Below are positions 52,208 to 64,000 of a DNA stretch of 64,000 nt, piece by piece. The stretch covers positions 68,634,001-68,698,000 of the forward strand of contig OZ024742.1 in assembly GCA_964016885.1 (NCBI GenBank), given 5' to 3'. The notes under the pieces are model-generated. The model made no database searches. It saw nothing but the letters and a program-made list of their open reading frames with translations, and was not told where the DNA came from. The stretch comes from Eledone cirrhosa. Lineage: Eukaryota. The position numbers were made by a program, and so were the translations under genes. The stretch's first letter is position 1. Every line of letters begins with the position of its first letter.

Positions 52208-52549
52208 CTTTCAAGTTAAACAAAAACATCTTTTTTGTCATCTTATACAAATGTATTTTTTATACATATTGACATATGTGTGTGTGTTTATAGATGTGTT
52301 TGTGTGTGTGTTTATAGATGTGTTTGTGTGTATATAGATATTTTATAAAATAGCCTTGTTTTTCAGATTCACACACACAAATGTGTGTGTGAATATATAG
52401 AGAGAGAGACATACACACACACAAACATATATATACAGTTAACATTGAACTGAGTCATACATCAATATTTACTGTACACTTCATCCATCTCCACCAACTC
52501 CTACTACTACTAATACTGCTATTTATGCTTGCTCCAGCAATTTCCAGAA

Positions 52550-52847
52550 TCACTGTGTCTTGATGTTTCGGTTTTTGTCGTGTGAGCTGAGGACTTTGCG
52601 GACACCAGCGCACATTCTGTAGAACCAGAATAGATTGATGCTGTCCAACACGAGACAGGTGAAAACTAGTACATAGCGCATGTGTCCAAGGGATATGAAT
52701 GAATTTGTGCCGCACACACTGTACACCTTGTACCAGTAGAGAGGCATGCAGGCCACACGGACAAGGAAAAACACAACAGTCATGAGGATGCCATTCACCA
52801 CAAAGAGGGAGCTTTTCTTTTCATAGCCAAGAACATCGAGGAACCAC
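52550..52847 (-). CDS. TLCD4: TLCD4/TMEM56-like gene B, final coding exon 6 (RWFLDVLGYEKK...NGILMTVVFFLVR...NRNIKTQ*)
   Basis: minus-strand cctacag acceptor; TGA at 52552-52550; collinear with gene A exon 6. Confidence 0.95.
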
Positions 52848-53419
52848 CTGTAGGAGAGAAGAAGATAAGTAAAAGGAATAGAAAAACACATGAGAAAAAA
52901 AAGGATCATCATCACTTAACACTCGCTTTCCTTGCTAGCAAGGGTTGGATAGTTTGTCAATAGATGGGGTCAGTAATAAAATGTAGCTATGGACCACTCA
53001 GATAGGCTAGAGGTTTGTATCTTGTTTACATGGTTTCCAGCACTTAGAAGGGCAGGTTGCCATGGTTTTAACATAGCTGAAGAATACTATCAATGCTTTG
53101 TTTTGCAAATTTTTGTGGATGCCATTCATATCACCATCCCTTTTACAGATTGTACTGGATAGGCTTATTGTGTAGATCACCAACTCTAGTGAGGTTGTCA
53201 TATACCTTACATAACAGGTGAGTCCACTTGAACGTTTTTTGGCATGGTTTCTACAGCAGGATGTCTGTCCTATCACTAGCCACCTTACAAAGTGTTCTGG
53301 GTGCATTTTTCATCGCATTAACACACGAGAGGTCTTCAGTTATTAACACAACTGAAAAGCCCTCTGTACATTATAGGATGGTGGTGGTAAGAAAAATGAA
53401 AAGTATGATGTCATGGAGA

Positions 53420-53905
53420 TAATTACACATGTCTTTGTAGAGATAATGTGATGTGGAATGTATCGTTAAAAGTTTACATGGGAAAAACATGTCTTTGGAA
53501 GTCTACATGGAGGAAACCACATCATTGCATCTATATAAGATAACAAGGCTTTAGGATTTATTGAGGCACGTATTTAGGAATCTACATGGGATAAAATGAA
53601 TCTTGTGGGTCTAAATGAGATAAAGTATTTAGGAAACTATATGGAACGATATGAATGGTAGTAACAGTAGATAGCTACAGGAATTATATCGGATAACATA
53701 TTTTTAAAGATTACATGATGTAATATGTGTGTATAAAGACCATATAGGATAACGTGTATAAAGACTGCATAAGATGACGTGTGTATAAAGACTACAGAAA
53801 TAACATATTCATGAGATAACGTGTGTCTATAAAAACTACATGAGGTAATGTGTGTATATATACAGACCACATAAGATTTCTGTGCATATACAGACTACAT
53901 AAAAT
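53420..53905. repeat. Degenerate ~27-30 bp minisatellite (gtgtataaagactacat...gataac)
   Basis: Direct reading; lies in the last intron of gene B. Confidence 0.7.
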
Positions 53906-54429
53906 CATGTTTTCACAGGGAGATCGTCTATGTGGTCACATAACTTACTAAAAAATAGCAGCCTAATTTGCCTCAAATCACAATTATTGCTATAAATAGA
54001 GAAAGGATACATTGACTAATGCAGTTCTAAACATATTCCAAAGACGTTATAGGTGAAATGTCTTTCATCATACATCTCCTTGATCACAATTGACATGTTT
54101 TCCCTGATACAGGATCAACAACAACCAACAAGTTTACACAAGACCTACTTTACCCTTTGTTACCATATTTCTAATAAAAAACACTGAATGTGATTTTCAA
54201 TTATTATGCTGGTGTTTGGAACACAACAAAGGTTCTTTTATAAAATTATGATGGAAGGCTTTTAGATAAATATAAACACATTACAATGACAGCTTTGCTT
54301 CATTGAACCAGGGGCAGTGTCAGGTGGTTTGGTATAAAAGAAATTTGAAGGTGTTTATATCTAGAAGTTCTATAGAGCAGTAAGATACAGAGGTAGGACA
54401 GGCATAAAAATATATAAACAAAACCTTAC

Positions 54430-54503
54430 CTTTGATTAACAAAGGGTGTAGAAAATTCAGCAATGAGCCTATAGTTTGCAAAATATGGTAATACTCCGAT
54501 TGT
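54430..54503 (-). CDS. TLCD4: TLCD4/TMEM56-like gene B, coding exon 5 (TIGVLPYFANYRLIAEFSTPFVNQR)
   Basis: ctcgcag acceptor, AG|GTAAGG donor; 74 nt, same as gene A. Confidence 0.94.
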
Positions 54504-55112
54504 CTGCGAGAGAAAAAGAAAGAAATATTTACTATTCTATGATAGTGGGGAAATTGATGAAATCTATTAATAGGATTTTCTGCATTTAATCTCTGTCTAT
54601 GAAAATGAAATGATATTAAATCTACAGCTTACTCCTCTGCAAGTTTAGCTGACCTCATACAAGGTTACATCTCATAGGAAGTTTCTAGGGTCTTTTAATA
54701 ATAGGGGCCCAAGTTGTATCATGATAATGAATGCGAATGAAGTATCTTGCTCAAGAACACAATGTGCTGTACAGTTCAAGAATTAAAAGCACAACCTTAT
54801 GATTGTGAGTTCAACACCTTATCCACTATGACATGCTCCTTCACTATCTCTGTCCATCACACTTGGGATGTTAAAAATATTCTCACTGGATTACATAATG
54901 AACACACTCATATATAGACATTCCTGGAATATACATACAGGAAAATAAATATTCCATTTCTCAATTACTTATTCCTACTAGATGAATTGAAGTAACGTAG
55001 AATAAAATGTACCCTACTCCCAAATTGAATAGAAAAAAAATCAAAGGAACAACAACCAGAAATTTAAACTCATGACCTAAAAGCTAACTGCTCTGTACAT
55101 AATAACAAAAGA

Positions 55113-55171
<59 letters not shown>

Positions 55172-55204
55172 TGCTTCCCTGTAGGAGAAACAAATCTCAC
55201 TTAC

Positions 55205-55299
55205 CATAACATAAACATAAGCATATATAGATGCCCCATGGTGGAAGAAATAAAACACTTCTCCTATAGTTTTATAATGAACAGTCATGATAATAAGAT
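55205..55299 (-). CDS. TLCD4: TLCD4/TMEM56-like gene B, coding exon 4 (DLIIMTVHYKTIGEVFYFFHHGASIYAYVYVM)
   Basis: ttttcag acceptor, GTAAGT donor; 95 nt; HH motif. Confidence 0.94.
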
Positions 55300-58200
55300 C
55301 TGAAAATACAAACACAAACAAATAAAAACGAAATCAGTGAACAATCTATGAGAAAGGAAGATGGACATCAACAAAAATGTTAACCATTTTGATACCAAAC
55401 CAACAGAATCCACCCTTGGTGCTCCAATACAAAGCTGTTTATTTTATTTCTATAACAACATTTCATCATAATTTTATGAAAGAACCTTACAGTCCAAACA
55501 CTAGCTTAATAATGAGAAAGTTGGTTATATTATTAAATCCTTCCAAAGACTATTTGAAAATTATAGGCAATGTCTTTCATTATAAATACAGTAACAAAAG
55601 GATTAAATAGAGGAAATAATTAAGGGCTGTAATACTCAATTTATAACCTCAAGAAGTTATGAGCCCATGAAGGAGTCTCTACATAGCCAATCAGCTTGTT
55701 GGAAATAACTGCCAAATTAAACTCAAATCAACATGTTTCAGAAGGTAGGACACATTGGGTAATATAATGTAGTCCAGAATATATTATATACAAATGTCTG
55801 AATATAGGTCTGCAGGATCGGTGCTGACTTTGGATAAACAATAACATATAGCTCTTATCAACAGATCTATAGAGTTGGTATTTACAGCTAAACTAATGGT
55901 CTATATAATAGGTCTTTATGTATAAAGTTATTATCTATATGATCTATGGTCTTTATACTTAATGGTTTATATAGTTTGTCTATGTCTAATTCAGTAATTT
56001 ATAAATTTGGTCTATGCTGAAAGCAATGATCTATGGACACAAAACCATCAATTAATGAAGAGGTGTATAGTCAATTAGTTCTACCGAGTATTTGACAGGT
56101 ATTTGTGTTACCAATTTTGTATACCAAGTATAAAAGGTATGTGGGCATGAACATGATTTGAACTAAACGTAAAAGGATGTAACTAAACACTGCAAAGTAC
56201 TTAGTCCACTGCACTACCATTTTTGCTACTTACTGAAGCAAAGGGAGGGAGGTGGTAGTTGTAGATTGAATTGACTTTAGTATTTGAGAAGGATGAAAGG
56301 CAAAATTGACATTGGTATGATTTGAACTCAAAACAAAGAGCCAGAACAAATACTGCAAGACATTTTGTTTGATGTTCTAACAATTCTGGCAATCCAACAA
56401 CAGCAATTGCTTCAAACTTAAGTACAAAGAATTATAATTGATTACATCGACTATAGTACTTAACTGGTACTTTATTTTATCAATTTCAGAAGATGAAAAA
56501 CAAAATTGACTTCTGCAGGATTTGAACACAGAGTATAACAGGACATAGCTAAATAGTGAAAGGCATGAATTTGGATGTTCTACTAAATTTACCTTCCAAT
56601 AATAATTGTTTCTACTTTTGGAACACAGCCACCAATTTGGAGGGAAGGAAAAAGTCGATTAAATCAATCCTAGTGTGTTACTGGTGCTTTATTTTATTGA
56701 CCCAGTAAGGATGAAAAGCAAAGCTTAACATTGGTAGGATTTGAACTTAGAACATAAAGGCTGTAACAATATGCCACAAAGCATAGTGTCCATTGCCTTC
56801 CAATAATAATAATCATTTTTTGCATAGGCTTAAAGCCAGAAAATGGGAAGGAATGCCAGTCAATTATATATACTGCAGCTCCCTCACACCTGGGTGAATA
56901 CAGATGGGTTGAAATGGTAAGTGATTATTAGAGATATTGGGAAGTGTAGACAAGAGAGATGCCTCCAAGAGGTGCTGGTGCATGCTAGGTAAGTTATGAC
57001 AGTTTAAGTGACAATGAGGATGATGATGTTATGGAAAGGTCTTGCAAGCTAATGTTGATAAATACAAAATTGATTAACTAAAGAAAACTTGCATAGTGTA
57101 AATGGCTGAGTTGGTAAAGTACTTGACAATGATGCTCCAGTATGATCCTGATCCACTGGCTGGAATCAGTAAAATGGTGACAGAGAATCAGTTAAGAAGT
57201 TAATGGTTCATATTAACATACCATCAGAACTGTGTTTTAGCTGTGGCCAAGATATTTAACTTTCAATGAAATAACCCAGTCAAACTTAGCTGTAAGAAGG
57301 TATCTGTAAGGCAGCACTGAACCCCTAAACTGTATTTTGTTGGTTTCATCATCATTACCATTTAATGTCCATTTTTCCATGCTAGCATGGGTTAGGCAGT
57401 TTGTTGTGCTGAATTCATTCCCAGTTGCAGGAAATAGATATGTGATAGACTAACATACAATAAAGGTACAAGCATGTCTGTGGGAGAAGGAGTTTGTGGC
57501 ATAACCATACAGTTTCAGTCTCTCTGTATGGCACATTGGACAAGTGTCTTGAGATGACCAATACCTTGTGAGTGAAATTTGGTAGATTGAAACTGTGTAG
57601 ATATGTGTCATACATGTGTGTGTATGTATTCATATACAAGTGTCTGTTTACATGCACTGTTTATGTCCTGTGACTTAGTGACTTGACAAAAGGGGATCAA
57701 TAAAATATATACTACACTTGAAACAATAAGTACTGGACTCGATACAATTGACTAAATCCATTCAAGGAAGTGCCCCAGAATGGCCATTGTCTAATAGCTA
57801 AAATAGTTAAAAGAATAAATGATTCAGGATCATATTTGTGTTGCAGCTACTTAACACTAAAGTAAGTGGAAATAAATGATAAGGATGGCCCAGTAGACTG
57901 TAGACAGACATAAAGGGAATTAAGAAAATTGTTGAGATTAGATCTAAGAAAACTGGATTTCACATTAAAGATATCACAGGGTAAATTTAAACAGTCACTT
58001 GCTGTATTACAGACCCTTCCATCCCATATGGACAAATAGACAAACATTGAAAGGAGGGCTAAAGTAGTTTCTTTGAAAACTGTCAACAAATTATTGACAG
58101 CGGAGTACAATTTGAAAACAAATAACTCCATGACAACTTCAACATTCAAACTTATCCACGATTAATCAAATCCCATTTCTGTGTGGTAACATCTACAGTT

Positions 58201-58619
58201 TTATACAGTCTGATTTGTTCTCCATGGGATAACAATTTTAGCTTTGCTGAGTGGTTAAAATGTTTGCTTCACAATCATGAGGCCATAGGGTGACCTGAGC
58301 TTTGCAAATGAAACTAAGTGGACATATATTGTGTGAAAGCCAGTTGGGTGGATTGTATCCACAGTTCAAAGTTTCAGCCTTGGAATATATTGAGGGTACA
58401 CGTGTCTCTGGAAAACTTATACACTCATACATTAATCCACGAGTCAGATCAAACAGTTGAATGATTAGGCTTGAAACTGACAGAGGATGCACAATCATTG
58501 TGTAACGTCCATTTTCCATGCTAGCATGGGTTATCATCATCATCATCTTCGTTTAACGTCCATTTTCCACGCTAGCATGTATATTTAATTTGCAGCACTA
58601 TTTCTGCTACACACTGGCC

Positions 58620-59985
58620 CATATAATAATAATTTCTTTTATTGGCCAAAAGAGCCAGAAATATTAGGGACAATACAAGGACAAAAAACAACACAGAGTG
58701 GGGTTTACAGGGAGTAAAAGGAAAGGGACACGAATAAAAGGAAAAACAGTAGGTATAACAATAACTAATTGTAATAAACAGTAATGCTAATACAAAACAA
58801 TAAAAGTCAACTAGGAACAGTTCACCAATAGTGGAGGGGGTGGTCTGCCCATTAGGTTAATCCCAGAGAAAACCTCTCACAAATTGTATTGAAAGTGTCC
58901 TCAACCAGTTTCTTTCTACCTGCTTAGAAATACATAGAGTAGACCCATTCAACCTTGTAAATCTCAGTGCTCTCAACCATCTTTCATAAACTATACTAGA
59001 AGGTAGCACAAATCGTATTGTCTAGCTGGTAAAATGCCACAAGCACCTGACAGCATTCTAGATGCTAGGCATCCAACCATTGTCTGCACTTGACCCAGGA
59101 CCATAGATCAGTTAAGAAGACAACCTGCAGAAAGACATATCACAGGAAATGTGCCCTCATTGGTTGGCCTCTGCTTTTGTCACCATCATCACAGTAATTC
59201 AGGTAATTCTGAAAGTATGTTAGCCACATTTCTGACTACATTACTAATGACAAGTGGCAAGCACTTTTGTCAAAATATTCAGCTATGTATTGGTATAGTT
59301 ATCGGCATAAAGTTCTCTATCAAATCTCCCTTGTCTCTTAGCAGTGTCACTACTCCCTGGCACCTGTAACTGGCAATACTCCCATCTGGAGTAGACAGCT
59401 GCCAAGACAGTAGTGATCAAGTCTGGTATGTAAAAGTAGAGCTCATAGAGTAGACCATCCAATCCTGGAGATTTCTCCCTCATACCATAGCTCAGCAGTT
59501 CATGTACTGATATCAGTTTTTTTACACCATTCTGCTTACCTGGCTTAGTCATGGCAGGCTGTTGAGGTAACCATTGAAGTCCACTTTCACAAAAGTTTGG
59601 TAATGTGCTGCTGGAAAATTGCACAGATCTGTTTAAGGTCAGATTGCATGCACTCTCTGCAGTCCATAAAAGACCAAATTATGGCTTTATTGCCAAGTTG
59701 TACTTCTGCCATCTGAGCCCATCAGACAGCTTTCAAGGCTTCATGTTTTAGTGCATGCTGCCTAGCATGAACAACATATCCTTTGTGTTTTGCATTGAAG
59801 AAACGGTCGAGAGCCATTTTTGCTATTAGCATGTCAGTTGCAATACCTCTTCTATATGCTTCTTCTAAATAACTAGCTATTTCCTTCTCTAGTCTGCCAT
59901 TCTCTGTAGCTAATTCTTTGCTGAAATGAACTAACACTACTCGAATTTTCCTCTTTAACAAAATCCAACACCTGTTGTTTATGAT
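58620..59985 (-). mobile_element. Tx1/L1-clade LINE remnant
   Basis: KSPGLDGLLYELY, ENFMPITI, LNILTKVLA (RT N-terminal motifs). Confidence 0.72.
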
Positions 59986-60198
59986 TTGAAAATTATAGAA
60001 ATTTTTTTTTTTTTTTTAGAAATATAGAACAAAAGGGTTAAACATATGTGTGTGTGTGTGTGTATTTTATTGGTATGTTACTATTGGTTCACCAGTTTGA
60101 GCACTCAATACCTACTGGGTCTGGTTTACTATGTGGTATTGCATATTTGGAGCTATACTGTGGTCAGTATCTTTCATAAGCGAAGTGTTAATAATAAT

Positions 60199-60383
60199 TG
60201 TTTCTACTTTTGGCACAAGGCCAACAATTATCCCAGTGTATTACTGGTACTTTATTTTTATTGACCTCCTATGGATGAAAAGCAAAGTTAACCTTGGCGG
60301 GATTTGAACTCAGACCGTAAAGGGACATAACTATGCTGCAAAGCATGGCGTCCGATCCTCTACCGATACTGCCAATCCACCGT
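60199..60383 (-). mobile_element. tRNA-SINE copy with 17-bp TSD
   Basis: gaagtgttaataataat on both sides; further copies at ~56600-56800(-) and ~60770-60925(+). Confidence 0.88.
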
Positions 60384-61297
60384 GAAGTGTTAATAATAAT
60401 AAGGAGCAGGAATGAGGTGTGAAAATATGTTTATTCATGTGTGGCACATGTTTTGCAATCAATCAGCTGAAAGTACAATCAGTATCGATCACACCCAAAT
60501 CTGAAATTGATAGCTGATCAGACTTGTTTCCTTAATGACAAGAGATATCGGCGTCATTAAGGAAAGCATGAGTCTGAAAAACTATCGATTCCAGAGTTGG
60601 GTATGATCAATCACGAAACAGGCATCACATGAATAAATATGATATTTTGACACCGCCTTCCTACTCTTTATTAATATTACTATTATTATTATTATATATA
60701 TACTATACAGTAACTGGGGACCAAACTATTTTTTTCTCTAAGTATTATTACATTTTATCTTAGTAATTTTATATTCTGAGTTCAAATCCCACCAAGGTTA
60801 GCTTTGCCTTCCATCCTTACAGGGTCAATAAAATAAAGTACCAGTAATGCACTGAGGTTGATTTAATTGACTTTCCTCTTCCCTTCAATTTGCTGGCCAT
60901 GAGCCAAAAAGAAGGAACAATTATTATAAACTTTGCCTTTAATCCTACCAAGGTTCATAAAATGAAATACCAGTCAAGTTCTTGGGTCAATTTTACACCT
61001 CCCGTCCCATGCATGTTTATGGTTTTGTACCAATATTAGAAATAATTATTGTTATTATAAGAAGGTAGTACATGATAGAAACTGTATTTAATTACATTTG
61101 CCCATTCAATTGTGCACCACATTCTTGGCAATAACCTGTTTGTGAATGAATGTGAGAGAAAAGCAAGTGTATGAAACTAGTCTTTTGCCTCCTACCAATA
61201 TAAAACAATGTAAAAAGTAATATATATGTGTGTGTGTATGTATGTATATGTATGTCTGTATGTGTGTCTGCATGTGCATGTGTACAGCAATACATAC

Positions 61298-61356
61298 CAG
61301 CAACCATGTAGCCAACAACAATGGCACAACTGGTTCTCACAACTGGAGCATCCCAC
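61298..61356 (-). CDS. TLCD4: TLCD4/TMEM56-like gene B, coding exon 3 (WWDAPVVRTSCAIVVGYMVAD)
   Basis: tccctcag acceptor, G|GTATGT donor; 59 nt. Confidence 0.92.
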
Positions 61357-61609
61357 CTGAGGGAGAAAAGAGAAGGATGTAATATAGTTGTGGTGTTGGT
61401 GGTGATGATGATGATGATGATGATATTGGCAAGTTTTTGTTGATGGAGACGAAAATGGTGCTGCTGAGATGATGATGATGATATATTATTATATTAATGA
61501 CAATAGCGATGAGGTCAAAATGACCACATGGTCATACGTTCAGATATTATTACAGCCGTTCTATTGTGTCAATGTTTGCTCCAGTTTCCTTACTAAACAA
61601 GAAAATAAC

Positions 61610-62240
61610 CACTTTCTACTACATACTTCAGTGGTTCGTAGTAAGAAGGGACATCATCTACAGTGGTATGAATAGGGGTCTACAGTGGTATGAAGGGAGG
61701 TCAACTACTCTTCAGCAGTAGGAAGGGGCCTAAATTATCATTCAATGGTAGTGATGAGAAGGGATATAAATCATAGTTTAGTGATGAGAATAGACATCAC
61801 TTACAGTGATCGATTATAAAAAGGGAGATCAACCACATTTCAGTGGCTAGTAATGAGAAAGGAAATCAATTATAGTTCAGTGGTTGGTTATGAGAAGGAG
61901 AATCAACTACAGTTAGGTGGCTGATGATTAGGGGGTAGATCAACTACAGTCCAGTTGTTAGTGGTGAAAAGGGTGATCAACCACAGTTCAATTGTTTGTG
62001 GAGAGAAGGGTGATCAATCTTAGTTCAGTAGCTAGTGAATAGGAAGGAGATCATAGTTTAGAAGTGAGACAGGTGATCAACCTTAGTTCAGTAGATAGTG
62101 ATGAGATTGGAGATCAATCATGACTCAGTGGCTAGTGAGGAGAAGGGAGATCAACCACAGCTCAGTGGTTAGTGGCAGAGGGACCAACCAAAGTTTAGTG
62201 ACTTGTGGTAAGAAGAATATCAACCATAGTTCATTGGTAG
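61610..62240. repeat. Degenerate ~35-bp minisatellite (gatcaaccacagttcagtggctagtgatgagaaggga)
   Basis: Roughly 15-18 recognisable units in gene B intron 2. Confidence 0.78.
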
Positions 62241-62669
62241 CAAGGACACAACAACCAGCTGTAAAAACATTGCTGTAAGTATGGAAAAAAAATCTATGTA
62301 AAAAAAATTAAAATTGTATTATTAATGACAATGATGCTGATAGTGGTAGATAGATGAGTATAGTAATGATGGCTGGGAGTGTGTAGTAGTGGTGGTGCTG
62401 GTAATAATGGTGCTGTTGCTCATCACGTTTCCCATGATGGTGTTGTTGTTGGTGGTGAGGATGTTGTAAGTGGTGGGACTGTTGTTGGTGATAATGGTCA
62501 CAGAGGAGTGATTATGATGATGGTAATGGTGGTGATAATGACAGTGTTGATTAAAGAAGCCACGCCAAAACTTGCTCTGAAGAAAGACTGCATAATAACA
62601 AACACCTGAGCTGACATGCAGCTACATTATTACCACCATCACCACCAAGAAGTTTTAGTATTTCCTTAC

Positions 62670-62759
62670 CATATGGGATCCTTGCTGAGTCCTGCATCAT
62701 ACAGCAGTGTGTATGCACACATAGAACTGACCACAGCAGCATGGATACTGGATATGACC
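62670..62759 (-). CDS. TLCD4: TLCD4/TMEM56-like gene B, coding exon 2 (VISSIHAAVVSSMCAYTLLYDAGLSKDPIW); exon 1 lies beyond the window
   Basis: tgttctag acceptor, TG|GTAAGG donor; 90 nt; homologous to gene A exon 2; this reading frame is absent from the ORF track. Confidence 0.92.
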
Positions 62760-62859
62760 CTAGAACAGAGAAATCAGTGTGGATGGTTAGAAAATGCCTA
62801 TCCCAACATTAAAGAAAAAGAACCAAAATAAGAAAAAGAAAAAAAAACAACAGAAGATG

Positions 62860-63280
62860 CACTTCTAACATATTCCAGTTACAAAGATTGCAAATAAGTT
62901 CTTGTGAATGAGAAATGTCAAGCTTAAACTAGAACCTTATTGCAGGCCAACAAACTTCTCCAAGTACTTAACACCATCACTGTACAGCATAACTGGAATA
63001 TTGACACTTCACTCTTGGTGGGCTAGCTCGTCCTTCAACAGATACACACACAATAGGCTTGCTGTTTCGCCTCGATGCATTCCCCTCATATCACCTCAGC
63101 AGTTTCTTCCCATTATCAAACTCCATACTAAACACTTTTCTGCTCTTTGCTCCCTACATCCTAACTCCCTGTGGAATATGCCCTGCTCCACAAATCTTCT
63201 TCAGTTCCTTCTTAATAAGATCAACTGTATTAAACCCCATATCCACTCTCCCATCAATAATGGTACTAACACCAAGGAAC
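62860..63280 (-). mobile_element. RTE-like RT remnant
   Basis: VGLQ*GSSLSL (QGS.LSP-like) and FN.VDLIKK-like remnants. Confidence 0.5.
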
Positions 63281-63797
63281 ATCATCATCATCATTTTCAT
63301 CATCACCGTTTTATGTCAATTTTTCCATGCTAACATGGGTTAAACGAGTTCTGTTGTGGGCAATGCTAGGTCAGCTGACCATGTCTTTCACATCCAGAAC
63401 TGATTCTGGCTTGGTTTCTTCAGCTGGATGCCCTTCCTAACAACAACCTCATTTACAGTGAGAACGAGAATGAAAAAGATATAGATATAGCTCTTTCTCT
63501 TCACACTATATGTAATAAAACATTCTAGATTACATTCAAGAACTCAAGATAACACAAGCACAAATTGCAAGTGTGACTGTACTGGCAAGGCCAAGATTAG
63601 GATAAGTGCAGAGATTGATCATACTCCCAATATCAAACATAGGGTACCTGCAGGAAGTAAGGGAATAACCTCCTTAGCAAAGTCAGCATAAACTCATTGG
63701 CATGGAAACCTAGAATCATTTAGGGGATAAATGATTCAGAGATACCACCCACAGGAAAAACAATAGTTAGATTAGTGTTAATATACATACATACATA

Positions 63798-63965
63798 CCA
63801 TATTTCCCGGCGTCGAAGACGCTACCATTTTCCTAAAATAAGTCTCAAAAATCTACCATGCGTCCTGGAAGAAAAAGGTTGTTTATAATTTTTTTTCAAA
63901 TATTTTGTTGTCAAAATTAGGGTGCGTCCTCAAGGATGAAGTGTCTTCGGCGCCAGGAAACACGG
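63798..63965. mobile_element. pogo/Tigger-like MITE
   Basis: TA|CCATATTTCCCGGCGTCGAAGAC ... GTCTTCGGCGCCAGGAAACACGG|TA. Confidence 0.8.
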
Positions 63966-64000
63966 TAATTGTTATTGTGTAGCCCTAAGTCTGCCCTGAT

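Noticed and set aside
57847-58230. Coding-looking stretch / 100-aa ORF in gene B intron 3
   Set aside because: No recognisable motif or clean splice structure; probably a decayed TE fragment I cannot classify
62860-62880. Minus-strand NWN codons as gene B exon 1
   Set aside because: Upstream sequence is an RTE RT remnant with stops and no similarity to gene A exon 1; exon 1 is presumably beyond 64000

Overview
Eukaryotic, AT-rich, microsatellite- and transposon-dense genomic DNA. The repeat inventory (tRNA-derived SINEs, RTE-type (GAT)n tails, R4/Dong LINEs, long (TA)n/(TATG)n arrays) points to an octopod cephalopod; this is inference. Most ORFs in the six-frame track are artefacts of simple repeats. 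The real coding content is two spliced paralogues of the TLC-domain membrane protein TLCD4/TMEM56, arranged tail-to-tail. Gene A (+) is complete: 6 coding exons from 6482 to 31926, 261 aa. Gene B (-) has coding exons 2-6 from 62759 to 52550, with exon 1 beyond the window. Internal exon lengths (90/59/95/74 nt) and intron phases are identical between the two, with about 54% aa identity by manual count. The rest is a layered TE landscape: a near-complete DD37D (maT) Tc1/mariner, a hAT transposase element, R4/Dong, CR1/L2, RTE, Tx1/L1 and Penelope-like fragments, a degraded Gypsy pol, piggyBac/hAT/pogo/mariner MITEs and three SINE families. Notable non-coding features are inverted SINE and LINE clusters between the convergent genes, a CpG-retaining island with a hairpin and splice donor, a C-poor TTAGGG-like intronic tract and degenerate hammerhead ribozyme motifs. 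I found no clear wholly new biological system. The paralogue pair and its dsRNA-prone intergenic region are the best leads.
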